Shown piece by piece: positions 1 to 9,159 of a stretch of 64,000 nucleotides of DNA (its first letter is position 1; every line of letters starts with the position of its first letter). Under the pieces are notes generated by a model that saw only the letters and a list, made by a program, of their open reading frames with translations, did no database searches and was not told the origin of the DNA. The DNA comes from a virus (lineage: Duplodnaviria; Caudoviricetes): positions 7,498 through 71,497 of the IMG/VR virus record IMGVR_UViG_3300029288_000159. One strand, given 5' to 3'. The position numbers were made by a program, and so were the translations under genes.

Positions 1-1218
1 GCGCTCTACGCTGGCATCGCTCGAGTAGCCGACATGGTTTTCAGACGCAAGAGAAATGATGGTGGCCCCGACTACGCCAAGTTCTATTGCTCGCGCAAGT
101 GCACGAATCTAATCCGGGAAATGGGGCTCTACCGGCGCAAGAAAAACACCGATGGCACGTTCGCCGAACTTCCCGAGGACAAGAACAATCACTGCCTGGT
201 CGCCGGCACGCTGATAACCACTGAGCGCGGCGAGGCGCCAATTGAGTCAGTGACGTCAGCTGATCGCGTTCTGACGAGAAACGGGTGGCAACAGGTAAGA
301 TGGGCTGGGCAAAGTGGTGAGACACGACATACGGTCAAAGTGACTGTCGAGAATCGCATTTTGGAAGGGACCCCCTCTCATAAGATTTGGACGGAAAATC
401 GCGGGTGGGTGCCACTTGACGAACTGCGATACGTGGACACACTGCTCGCATGTCCAAGCATGGGCCCTGCGAGTCACTTGTCTACAATGGTGAACGATTC
501 CGCCGATATCCAGAGTCAAAAAACAGAGAGTTGCGAGTCTACTTCGCGTCACAACGCGGAAGGACATTGCATAGGGCAATCTGGGAAGACGCAAACGGTC
601 CAATCCCAGATGGATGGCACATTCATCACAAGGATCACAACCCGCTCAACAACAATCTCTCTAATCTCGAACCCAAATCGCCTATCAACCATCACGCTGA
701 ACACTGGACCAAAGAGCGAGCAGAATTCGCCAGAAGAAACATCAAACGAATCAGTCCGCTCGCCAAGGCCTGGCATCGAAGTGCAGCCGGACGCGCATGG
801 CATACAGAGCATGGGCGCGACGCGTGGACTAAGCGAACTCCCATCAAAAGGGACTGCGTTCAGTGTGGGCGTGCATTCGAAGACATCGCGCGTCGCGACA
901 CAGACAGGTTTTGCAGCAACAACTGCAAGTCAATGTGGAGACGCAAGAGTGGAGTCGACGACGAAGACCGGATCTGTCCCATCTGCGGAAAGACATTCAG
1001 GATCAATCGGTATAGTCGAACCAAGACCTGTTCGAGCGTGTGCGGTGGAGTACATCACAGCAGAACAATTTGTTCCCGTGTTCGACATTGAAGTAGAAAC
1101 TATTCACGAATTTTTCGCCAATGGGGTTTTGGTTCAGAATTCCACAGATGCCCTTCGCTACGCCCTCTTCGGCCGCTTCGGGCGCCCGCCGAACTACAGG
1201 ACGACGCTGACAGGATGA
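1..1218 (+). CDS. terL: Terminase large subunit, C-terminal nuclease part (5' end outside window), interrupted by an intein
   Basis: Frame open from base 1. Removing 193-1140 gives ...LPEDKNNH|STDALRYALF, the typical terminase C-terminal 'D-x-x-N-H-x-x-D-A-x-R-Y' motif. Lies upstream of the portal. Confidence 0.85.
   Translation, partial: ALYAGIARVADMVFRRKRNDGGPDYAKFYCSRKCTNLIREMGLYRRKKNTDGTFAELPEDKNNHCLVAGTLITTERGEAPIESVTSADRVLTRNGWQQVRWAGQSGETRHTVKVTVENRILEGTPSHKIWTENRGWVPLDELRYVDTLLACPSMGPASHLSTMVNDSADIQSQKTESCESTSRHNAEGHCIGQSGKTQTVQSQMDGTFITRITTRSTTISLISNPNRLSTITLNTGPKSEQNSPEETSNESVRSPRPGIEVQPDAHGIQSMGATRGLSELPSKGTAFSVGVHSKTSRVATQTGFAATTASQCGDARVESTTKTGSVPSAERHSGSIGIVEPRPVRACAVEYITAEQFVPVFDIEVETIHEFFANGVLVQNSTDALRYALFGRFGRPPNYRTTLTG
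193..1140 (+). mobile_element. Intein (316 aa) in terminase
   Basis: Starts CLVAGTLITT (block A), has EGTPSHKIWT (block B TxxH), ends VFDIEVETIHEFFANGVLVQN followed by Ser+1. Penultimate residue is Gln rather than His. Confidence 0.92.
450..1091 (+). CDS. HNH homing endonuclease with C-terminal Cys zinc ribbons, nested out of frame in the intein
   Basis: LHRAIWEDANGPIPDGWHIHHKDHNPLNNNLSNLE is a typical HNH_3 motif; CxxC/CSxxC pairs follow. Frame differs from the terminase/intein frame. Confidence 0.88.
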   Translation: MSKHGPCESLVYNGERFRRYPESKNRELRVYFASQRGRTLHRAIWEDANGPIPDGWHIHHKDHNPLNNNLSNLEPKSPINHHAEHWTKERAEFARRNIKRISPLAKAWHRSAAGRAWHTEHGRDAWTKRTPIKRDCVQCGRAFEDIARRDTDRFCSNNCKSMWRRKSGVDDEDRICPICGKTFRINRYSRTKTCSSVCGGVHHSRTICSRVRH

Positions 1219-1400
1219 GGTGGCAGGCTTTTCTCAATGGCCTAATGCGCGTCCTCGACATCAGATCCACTCCTCAGGTCAGAGAGATTCTCAACCGCGA
1301 CCCCAACGTGGTAGACTCCCTCGCCATCCAGAGTGATTGGCAGCACGTAGTACCCTCACAGCCGTCGCCGGGCGTTGTTCGGGCGAGGAGGAAGTCATGA
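1215..1400 (+). CDS. Hypothetical protein
   Basis: ATGA overlaps with terL stop and with the next start. Confidence 0.45.
   Translation: MRWQAFLNGLMRVLDIRSTPQVREILNRDPNVVDSLAIQSDWQHVVPSQPSPGVVRARRKS
1360..1387 (+). promoter_or_regulatory. Conserved upstream motif, copy 1 (AGCCGTCGCCGGGCGTTGTTCGGGCGAG)
   Basis: Identical 28-mer at 5641-5668 and a variant at 10768-10794; each ends 9-15 nt before a start codon. Confidence 0.6.
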
Positions 1401-1882
1401 CGAATTCACGAGACACGAATGGGCCGCTCGACGCAAATGCATCCGAGGACATGGCCCAGGCGAACCTGGCATGGGGCGACGCACTCGCATCGGCCCACGC
1501 CCTATGGCTCAAATGGCGGAATAGGGCGCTCATGGCAGAAGCGCAATGCAAGATACTCGCGCCCTGGCGAGATCGCTCACTCTCAGCGGAGGCCCGCTGT
1601 CAGGCCCTCGAGGCGGCCATCAGCGCCGCCGGTCTCGAGACCGTAGAGTGGGAGAATCACACAATGGGTCTCGTCAACAGGGGCGAGAGCAAGGACTGGG
1701 CGAACTTCCGTAGCGCACTCAACGACCTCACCACGAGACACCTGAATACCTTCCGGGTCGAGATGGATCATCTTGTCGACGCCTACTCGAAGCATGCGGC
1801 CCGGAAACAGGATGAGACGGAAGTCGAGAAGCTCCATGGATACGTCAAAGCGGCAATCGCAGCCAAGAGGGGGACGCCATGA
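1397..1882 (+). CDS. Hypothetical protein
   Basis: GAGGAGG RBS before ATG 1397 (downstream of the ORF-track start at 1337). Confidence 0.6.
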   Translation: MTNSRDTNGPLDANASEDMAQANLAWGDALASAHALWLKWRNRALMAEAQCKILAPWRDRSLSAEARCQALEAAISAAGLETVEWENHTMGLVNRGESKDWANFRSALNDLTTRHLNTFRVEMDHLVDAYSKHAARKQDETEVEKLHGYVKAAIAAKRGTP

Positions 1883-2119
1883 GCGAGATCTATACTGAGG
1901 CAAGTCGACGCATCGCTACTGGGTCATCGATTTCGACGACTCCCATCAATGCGACGCTTGCAGCAAGACGCGCGGTGCTCGCCAAACGCCTACAGCAACT
2001 GAAAGCCGACCAGGACCACTGGAATCGGATGCACCCCGACGAGGAGCCCATATCTCTCGACTTCGACCTCACGGCCGACGTAGAGGCGGCGCTCGCAGCC
2101 AAGAGGGGGACGCCATGAG
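1857..2119 (+). repeat. 27-bp direct repeats (1857-1883, 2093-2119) flanking one small gene
   Basis: TCGCAGCCAAGAGGGGGACGCCATGAG occurs twice, each copy containing RBS, stop and start. Confidence 0.9.
1879..2118 (+). CDS. Small protein starting with a 20-aa copy of a major capsid segment
   Basis: IYTEASRRIATGSSISTTPI is identical to capsid codons 13857-13916. Confidence 0.7.
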   Translation: MSEIYTEASRRIATGSSISTTPINATLAARRAVLAKRLQQLKADQDHWNRMHPDEEPISLDFDLTADVEAALAAKRGTP

Positions 2120-3014
2120 TGATAGCAAACTAGTGAAGTTCGAGTTCCACGGCGATGAGCTTTGGGCAACCTGGCGGAACGGGATTCTCTGGATCCCCGT
2201 GAAGCGCGTCTGCGAGTGCCTCGGCATCGACGAGAGCAGCCAAAGGCAGCGTCTTTTGCGGTCCAAATGGGCAGTTACGGCCATGGTAACCGTGACTGGA
2301 CTAGATGGAAAGTCGTACTCGATGTTCTGCATCCACATCGACTCCCTGCCGATGTGGCTCACCACGATTCAAGCTTCGCTCGTCAAGGGGAAGCGTGTTC
2401 GAGAGAAGCTGGAACTCTATCAATGCCAGGCGGCCAAGGCACTACGCGACCATTTCATCGGTTCGCAGCAGACCATCAATCCGCAGATGCTTCGAAGCAT
2501 CATCTCGGAGGAGTTGCTCCCGTACAAGCAGGAGAACGCCGATCTCAAGGCCATCGTTTATGACTCGCGCTCCGAAAACATGGAATTGAAGACGACCGTT
2601 CAAGAGTTGAGGACGATCGTCCAAGAGATTCGCGACGGGCAAAATGCAACGATTACCCCGACAGAACTCAAGCTACTTAGCGAAAAACTGGCCGACATCG
2701 CGAGACTGCGGAAGGAGCATGGGAAAGAGGGAGCTCTCTACATCACAGTCATGACTCAGATGTTTCGCTGGGGCGTGCTCAAACAATGCAAGTTGGCCAA
2801 TATCCCATCTACTGCAGTCCCATATGCCTTCAATTGGCTCGACGGGCAACTCGACGAGTTCAAGCGCGAAGAGCGTGACAAGGCCAAACGTGAACGGGCC
2901 GAGAAGAAAGCAAAGGTCGCTCAAGAGGAGGCCAAGGCGGCCAAAGAGAAAGAGTGTCAACAGAAGCTCGACTTCACCGCTTCGGCAGAGGCCGCTGCGA
3001 AGCGGAGCAACTAG
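2115..3014 (+). CDS. Phage antirepressor (P22 Ant N-terminal-like) with coiled-coil C-terminus
   Basis: FEFHGDEL...IPVKRVCECLGIDESSQRQRL...LPMWL...KLELYQ pattern. Confidence 0.75.
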   Translation: MSDSKLVKFEFHGDELWATWRNGILWIPVKRVCECLGIDESSQRQRLLRSKWAVTAMVTVTGLDGKSYSMFCIHIDSLPMWLTTIQASLVKGKRVREKLELYQCQAAKALRDHFIGSQQTINPQMLRSIISEELLPYKQENADLKAIVYDSRSENMELKTTVQELRTIVQEIRDGQNATITPTELKLLSEKLADIARLRKEHGKEGALYITVMTQMFRWGVLKQCKLANIPSTAVPYAFNWLDGQLDEFKREERDKAKRERAEKKAKVAQEEAKAAKEKECQQKLDFTASAEAAAKRSN

Positions 3015-3016
3015 TA

Positions 3017-3331
3017 GTGCCCGAGTCGCAGGCCGTGCGTGACCCGGAGTCACTGCTCTGGGTCACCCCCGGCACCACCGACGGATACGAATCCGGCATC
3101 GCGCTGCACGGTGGGTACGAGCGCGATCTCCCCTGGCTCCGCGCCGAATACGAGAAGATTCTCGCGCGAGGCATGAGCGAAGAGAAGAGCGGCTCTCAAG
3201 TGCCCTGTGTAATAAGCAATGATGACATCAGGATGTTGATATACAAATGGCAGGCAGAGTTGTGTGAGATGTGGCTCAAGAGAGCCATTGAGCGGCTTGA
3301 GCGCGCAGGCATTTCGGCCAACAAACCATAA
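3017..3331 (+). CDS. Hypothetical protein
   Basis: Fills the gap between antirepressor and portal; start uncertain. Confidence 0.45.
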   Translation: MPESQAVRDPESLLWVTPGTTDGYESGIALHGGYERDLPWLRAEYEKILARGMSEEKSGSQVPCVISNDDIRMLIYKWQAELCEMWLKRAIERLERAGISANKP

Positions 3332-3334
3332 AGC

Positions 3335-5104
3335 ATGGACTACTCCCGCCTCGAAGGCATCGAGAAAGCTCTCCTCGCCTTCGAGGCGAATGTCAGCCCG
3401 CGGTATCGCTATTTGGATTGCCTGGAGCGATGGGTAGAGGGCCGGCAGTACGAGGGGCTGACCGATTGGTTCGACACACGCAAGCCGCTTTTCGAGCGGG
3501 CGCCATGCATCGTCTATTTGCTGACCCGAGGAAGTATCGAGTCGAAACGCGACCTCGTGGTGGGCGAGGGACACTTCCCGGAAATCACTGCGTCGCCCGA
3601 TGAGGACGACGAGGACTTCGACGAGGAAACGGGGCTCGGCCCCGAGGACTCGGAGACGCTCGACAGGTTCGTGCAGCGGGCGATGACGAAGGCCGCATTC
3701 GCCCCGGCCATCCGCGAATCACTCGAGCACGGGCAGGGCGTAGGCTCCGCTGTGCTGCTCTTCGGAGCGCGGAAGGGGCGGCCCTTCATCGAGACGACGA
3801 AAGCGAAGTGGAGCGAGCCCACGCTCGACAACGAGGGCAATTGCACGAGACTCGAGATTCGATATCCGTACCTCGATCCCTACAAGGACAAGGCCGGCAA
3901 ATGGAAGGTCCGCGCCAAAATCTACCGGCGCGTTATCGACGAAACGACCGATACTACCTACCGCCCAGCGGACGCCGATGAGCAGGGCCGCGAGCCGGCC
4001 TGGTCAGCCAACCCCGAGCTGACCTATTCACATGGCCTCGGCTTCTGCCCCGTCATCTGGTACCCATTCGCGAAAGGGTGCTCGACCGCAAATCAGATAG
4101 ACGGCAAGGCGGTGCACGATGGGCTGCTAGACGAGATTCGCGCACTTGACCAGGCGCTCTCACAGCGACATCGCGCGGTGCTATTTACTGCCGATCCGCA
4201 GTGGACTGAATGCGGCGTAGTCCCCGGGTCGAATCCATCATCAGTGGGAAACCGAGCGGTGATGCCTGCCACCCAACATGGTGGCCCAGAAGGCCCCGAC
4301 AACAAGGGGACCGGGATGTACATCGAGCCGGGCAACATCGGCCCCGCTCGAAAGAAAGGCCCCGGCGAAGTCTGGCAGTATCCCGACAAGGACACGAAGG
4401 TCCAAATGCATTGCCTTCCCGGCGATGCGGTCAAAGCGACGATGGAACACTCGTCGGACCTGCGTTTGAAACTTTGCGAATTGCTTGCCTATGTCCCACT
4501 CGATCCCGAAAGCATCAAAGGCATCCGCACACTCTCGGGCAAGGCACTTACCGCCTTGCGCAAACGAGAGATCAATCGCTGCAATGGTATTCGAGACGAC
4601 CTTGGGCAGCACTGCATCATCCCTGCCATTCGAATGCTGCTACGACTCTGTGTGGTGCTGGGCTCTCGCGGTAAGGGGGCGATTCGCGTCCCCGGAATAC
4701 AGAAAACTCTCCCAATCCTCCAACGCTTCCTCGAAGAAGACCCCGATCTGAGGCTCATTTGGGGTTCGTACGAAGATGAAGACCCCGAAGAGGAAAAGGC
4801 CACGGTCGATACGGTCAATGTGGCGCTTACTGGGAAGTTTATCACCAAGCGCATGGCCGTGCAGAAGGTGAAAAACATCTTCGGAATCGAGAACGTAGAC
4901 CAGGCAGTCGATATGCTCGAAGAGGAAGCTCAGCAAGCGCAGGAAAAAGAGCTCGATCTGATGGGATCCATGCACAAGCTCGCAAACGACGATGGGACTA
5001 CAGGAAACCAAGGCAGCTCTGGCAGCAATGCTCTTGGCGGAAAGCCGCCTAAGAAAGCGTTTGGGGGCGGCAACAAATCTATGGCAACGAGTCCCCCAAA
5101 GTAG
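3335..5104 (+). CDS. Portal protein
   Basis: 589 aa, downstream of terminase and upstream of a MuF-like gene; disordered C-terminal tail. Confidence 0.75.
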   Translation: MDYSRLEGIEKALLAFEANVSPRYRYLDCLERWVEGRQYEGLTDWFDTRKPLFERAPCIVYLLTRGSIESKRDLVVGEGHFPEITASPDEDDEDFDEETGLGPEDSETLDRFVQRAMTKAAFAPAIRESLEHGQGVGSAVLLFGARKGRPFIETTKAKWSEPTLDNEGNCTRLEIRYPYLDPYKDKAGKWKVRAKIYRRVIDETTDTTYRPADADEQGREPAWSANPELTYSHGLGFCPVIWYPFAKGCSTANQIDGKAVHDGLLDEIRALDQALSQRHRAVLFTADPQWTECGVVPGSNPSSVGNRAVMPATQHGGPEGPDNKGTGMYIEPGNIGPARKKGPGEVWQYPDKDTKVQMHCLPGDAVKATMEHSSDLRLKLCELLAYVPLDPESIKGIRTLSGKALTALRKREINRCNGIRDDLGQHCIIPAIRMLLRLCVVLGSRGKGAIRVPGIQKTLPILQRFLEEDPDLRLIWGSYEDEDPEEEKATVDTVNVALTGKFITKRMAVQKVKNIFGIENVDQAVDMLEEEAQQAQEKELDLMGSMHKLANDDGTTGNQGSSGSNALGGKPPKKAFGGGNKSMATSPPK

Positions 5105-5642
5105 TCTCACACAGACCATCTCGAACTCCACAGCGATTGGGGCACTCGATTCATGGCATCGCGGGGTGTTGTCGGGGCATCGCGATCTCAACTGGATTGC
5201 AGAGCAATTCGATGAGGAGATCGAGGCAGTCGAGCCGCAAGAGCCGACATCACAGATCTCACGCCGGGCATCGTCAATCGGCCTGAACTACGAGCGCGCT
5301 GTTGCTCGATCAGCGGATGATGCAGAACGTGCAAATGCGAAGAATCCGATAGCCAGCGCGATAAGAGAAAACGCATACCGTCTTGACCGCATCGCAGCTA
5401 CCGAAAACTCGATTGCATTCTCATCTGGTCGCCGAGAGTTCATCACTGCATCGGTCATCAATTCAGTTATCAAGCGCTCACGTGTTGTGCAGGTGTGGTT
5501 CGCGCTTCTCGACGCTTGTCGAATTTGTCAGGGGTTGAATGGCGAAAGAGTTCAACTGGGCGGCTCGTGGAACGGGCAGCTGCCCGGGTACGTACACGCA
5601 AGATGTCGATGTATTGATTCGTATGAGGTAACCGAAGAGTAG
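4992..5642 (+). CDS. Minor head (MuF/SPP1 gp7-like) protein; true start probably downstream
   Basis: C-terminal W...D.AC.IC..LNG...P...H.RCRC motif. Confidence 0.7.
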   Translation: MGLQETKAALAAMLLAESRLRKRLGAATNLWQRVPQSSLTQTISNSTAIGALDSWHRGVLSGHRDLNWIAEQFDEEIEAVEPQEPTSQISRRASSIGLNYERAVARSADDAERANAKNPIASAIRENAYRLDRIAATENSIAFSSGRREFITASVINSVIKRSRVVQVWFALLDACRICQGLNGERVQLGGSWNGQLPGYVHARCRCIDSYEVTEE

Positions 5643-5668
5643 CCGTCGCCGGGCGTTGTTCGGGCGAG
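5641..5668 (+). promoter_or_regulatory. Conserved upstream motif, copy 2
   Basis: Identical to 1360-1387; intergenic, upstream of the scaffold-like gene. Confidence 0.6.
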
Positions 5669-5683
5669 AAAAGAGAATGTGTC

Positions 5684-6367
5684 ATGGCTGATGAAGTCAC
5701 TCCCGTTATTGCTCCCACTCCCGTCGCTTCTCCCCCTCCCGCCCCTACGGCTGCTCCCGCTCCTGTTGCCACTGCTGAACCTACGCCCGCTGCCCACATG
5801 CCAGTCCCCGGAGAGCCGGGCTGGCTGAAGTCCAGACTCGATCAAGCTCGACAGACCGAGCGCAATGCCATCCTGGCCGAGCTCGGACTCACCGACATGG
5901 CCGCGGCCAAGACGGCCGTAGATACTGCATCAGCAGCGGCAAACTATACAGCGAGGCTCGCTCAGTTGGAAGCTGTAGCGAAAGTGCAGGCTGGCAACAT
6001 GCTGATGGGTCTTACGGAACAGCAACAAGCCGCGGTGAAGGCTCTTGCCGGCGATGACCCCGCCAAACAGATGCAGACGATCATGGCTCTGCAACCAACC
6101 TGGGGACCTCCGCCGCCCCTCACGATCAAGAGCGAAGACCTGGCAACGAAGATGGCCACGGCAGGGACGATTGCTGCATCTAGTCCTCCGGCGCCCGTTC
6201 AGATAGTCCCCGGCGCGACCACCGCACCACCTCCAATTGCTCCCGCCGGCGCTTCCGCCGCCCCGCCCGACCATCGAGCCATCTACGAAGTAATGTCGGA
6301 AACCAACCCGTTTGCAGCCGCCGAGTACGGCGCGCTGCATCCCGAAATCTACACCCCGAGGACCTAA
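5684..6367 (+). CDS. Putative scaffolding protein (Pro/Ala-rich, helical core)
   Basis: Position after the MuF-like gene and composition. Confidence 0.55.
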   Translation: MADEVTPVIAPTPVASPPPAPTAAPAPVATAEPTPAAHMPVPGEPGWLKSRLDQARQTERNAILAELGLTDMAAAKTAVDTASAAANYTARLAQLEAVAKVQAGNMLMGLTEQQQAAVKALAGDDPAKQMQTIMALQPTWGPPPPLTIKSEDLATKMATAGTIAASSPPAPVQIVPGATTAPPPIAPAGASAAPPDHRAIYEVMSETNPFAAAEYGALHPEIYTPRT

Positions 6368-6370
6368 CCT

Positions 6371-6673
6371 ATGGCCACCGAGCGTTACTCGCCAGACTCC
6401 ACTCAGCCGGCCGACGACGTGATTGAGTACTCGTCGTTCATCGGCGGGATCGACTTCGTGGCAACGCTCGGACAACCTGTGCGTCTCATCCAAGTCATCA
6501 CCGCAGGGTCGGGCAGCCTCGTCGTCGAGACACGTCGTAGTGCTGCCACCAACGGTGGTGCTGTGAACCGAACACTCACAGGATTGATTGCAGGCGACCG
6601 CATCGGCCCCGTGCAAATCAACAAGATCATCGAGAGCGGCACGAACGTAACGAAGGTGCGAGTCTACCTGTAA
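6371..6673 (+). CDS. Hypothetical virion protein
   Basis: Tightly packed in the head operon. Confidence 0.55.
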   Translation: MATERYSPDSTQPADDVIEYSSFIGGIDFVATLGQPVRLIQVITAGSGSLVVETRRSAATNGGAVNRTLTGLIAGDRIGPVQINKIIESGTNVTKVRVYL

Positions 6674-9150
6674 TGCACCTCGGGTTCGACTACGCGATCG
6701 ACGAGATGGGTGGCATGAGCTCTGGATTGCTACCAATCGGTAGTTCCGATGCGTCCGCATCGGTGGGTCCATTTGCCACTGCAAGCGACTATTGGGCATC
6801 GGAGACTTTGGCCGGCGGAGACATGACTGCGGGCAATTCGATCGTTGCTCTGATCGAGTTGCTTCCGACGGCGTGCGGCGCAATAGTCGCAATTTTGGCA
6901 CATGCGAGTGCAACTACTGGATGGGAGCTTACTGCGCTGGTTACTACTGGTGTCGCAGCGATGTCATTCAAGGCCGTTGGTGGCTCTACGTATCAACTTG
7001 GGGCCATATCTCCTGGCCTGCACGCGATCGCTATTACGGCCACTGCTGCGGGACCGATTCGTTCATCAATGGACGGATTCACGGTCTATCAGGCCAATGC
7101 AACCAATCCCATCTCATCCAACAGCTCAAGCGCAGTCATCAGCTTAGGGAATTGCGTGCAAGTTGCGTCGCAACCATGCAAGACAATCTGTGTGCTCGAG
7201 TACGCACACATTGCGGCTGAGATGTCTGATGCAGAACTCGTGGCGGCCTCGCTTTCAACCATCGCGACGAACAGATACATATTGCCAGACTCGGTGCGCT
7301 CTCACGCCTCTCTGACTACTGGATTATCTATTAGTAGAGATTGGAACGGCGTGACCTCTACCATAACGCCAGGCGGTGGCATCGATAGACCTGTCTTCAC
7401 GATACATGGGTCGACACCATTCAACACCATCCCAGAAGAAACAGTTTACGAGATTCCACAGGCGTACTGGGGAGACAACGCACTCTGGCAAGCACAGACA
7501 AATTACGTGCTTCGGAATCAGTTTGCTAGGGCCAAATGCGCAGTCGCATCAGGTGCAACGAATACATCTCTGGCGTCGTCTACAACATTCGCCTCAGGAT
7601 TTTCGTCGCCAGTCACAGACGTGTGTTGGGACGGGAACAACTTCTACGCTGTGGACTACACGTCGAATGACGTAAAGGCGATCACGCCGGCGGGAGTGGT
7701 AACCACTTTCGCCACAGGGCTATCGCATCCGTATGGCATCTGCTGGGCTGGCAATAACTTCTACGCCACATCTGGGAACACTATCGTTCAGATTACTCCA
7801 GGAGGAGTTGTCACTACGTTTGCAAGTGGGTTCGCTACGCCAATTGGGATCTGCTGGGATGGCAGCAACTTTTACGTCTCGAACTACAGCGGGAATAACA
7901 TCAAGAAGATCACGCCGGCTGCAGAGGTTACTACATTCGCCTCTGTCACCACTGCGCGATGGGTCATCTGGGATGGTAGCAATTTCTACGCTATCAGCGG
8001 CACAACTACCATCGTCAAAATAACCCCAGCAGGAGTAGTTTCTACCGTCACGGCCGGTTTGATCGGCGCAGACGCGATGTGCTGGGATGGCACCAACTTC
8101 TACGTGACTAGTAATAGCAATGGAATTGTCTATAGAGTCTCTCCTGCCGGAGTAGTGACGATAGCGCTATATGGTTTGGGCCAACCGTACGGGATTAGTT
8201 TTCTGAATGGTTCGATGTATGCTTGTGATGGTGCGCAGATCATCAGAATCAAGTTACTCTCGCATCGAATAGCAGTCGACCTGTATTGCAATTATCTAGC
8301 AGAAGAGCGAATAGGAGTCTTCGGCAATGATGTGTACGAGTGCTCCATAGGCAGATCTAGCGCATCCAGCACTGCCTTGTTGCAGACTGCTGACTATTAC
8401 ATGCCGGCGACCAACTCAACCATTGATGTAGTAGATGGCACTCAGACCCGCAACGCGCCGCCAACGATCTGGGGAACTTTTGTGCGCGCAGTGCGATGTT
8501 CGGCTGGAGTGCTGACATGTACTAGACCGATGGCTCCTATGCATCGAGTAGTCATCTATCAAGATTCGATCTCGTGGGGATATGTGACCGTAACCCCATT
8601 CGTCCAATCGTGGGGAATGCTTCTGCGCTCGCATGGGCTCGGGGCTGGATGGGACATTACTGAAGAGGCATACGGTACTCGAGCATTAACGGATGACGTT
8701 ACATCCAATAGTCACGATGTGGATGCGACGAAGTTGGCCGCATTGGTCGGACGACTTGCCAGCGCGTGCGATGGCATATCGTCGAATGTGCTGATCGTGG
8801 CGATGGGCACCAATGATTGCGGCCATTCACTTCCATCGGGATACGCAACCAGAGCAATCGGTTTTGGCATTCTGTATGCAGCATTTCTGGATGCATTCCA
8901 TGCTTTACGCCCAGATGTGCAGATCGTGTGCATCACGCCGCTCACACGCGCGGTGATCGAAGCTGATTTAGTCCCGTACAGATCAGAAATTGTGACTGAT
9001 GTGACTGATCGGTCTGCATGGGGCAATGTCACTACCATGGATGGTCCTTCCATGGTTACTTATCCTGCCAATTTCACAGACGGCACTCATCCTAACGATG
9101 CAGGACATGTCCAGTTCGAGGCTGCGGTTCGTGCAGTGCTTGGATACTGA
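6673..9150 (+). CDS. Multidomain protein: lectin-like N-terminus, beta-propeller (CWDGxNFY repeats), C-terminal SGNH/GDSL esterase
   Basis: Six ~40-aa xWxGxNFY repeats; SGNH blocks YQDSISWG, MGTND and DGTHPNDAGH. Confidence 0.75.
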   Translation: MHLGFDYAIDEMGGMSSGLLPIGSSDASASVGPFATASDYWASETLAGGDMTAGNSIVALIELLPTACGAIVAILAHASATTGWELTALVTTGVAAMSFKAVGGSTYQLGAISPGLHAIAITATAAGPIRSSMDGFTVYQANATNPISSNSSSAVISLGNCVQVASQPCKTICVLEYAHIAAEMSDAELVAASLSTIATNRYILPDSVRSHASLTTGLSISRDWNGVTSTITPGGGIDRPVFTIHGSTPFNTIPEETVYEIPQAYWGDNALWQAQTNYVLRNQFARAKCAVASGATNTSLASSTTFASGFSSPVTDVCWDGNNFYAVDYTSNDVKAITPAGVVTTFATGLSHPYGICWAGNNFYATSGNTIVQITPGGVVTTFASGFATPIGICWDGSNFYVSNYSGNNIKKITPAAEVTTFASVTTARWVIWDGSNFYAISGTTTIVKITPAGVVSTVTAGLIGADAMCWDGTNFYVTSNSNGIVYRVSPAGVVTIALYGLGQPYGISFLNGSMYACDGAQIIRIKLLSHRIAVDLYCNYLAEERIGVFGNDVYECSIGRSSASSTALLQTADYYMPATNSTIDVVDGTQTRNAPPTIWGTFVRAVRCSAGVLTCTRPMAPMHRVVIYQDSISWGYVTVTPFVQSWGMLLRSHGLGAGWDITEEAYGTRALTDDVTSNSHDVDATKLAALVGRLASACDGISSNVLIVAMGTNDCGHSLPSGYATRAIGFGILYAAFLDAFHALRPDVQIVCITPLTRAVIEADLVPYRSEIVTDVTDRSAWGNVTTMDGPSMVTYPANFTDGTHPNDAGHVQFEAAVRAVLGY

Positions 9151-9159
9151 GGATTAATC

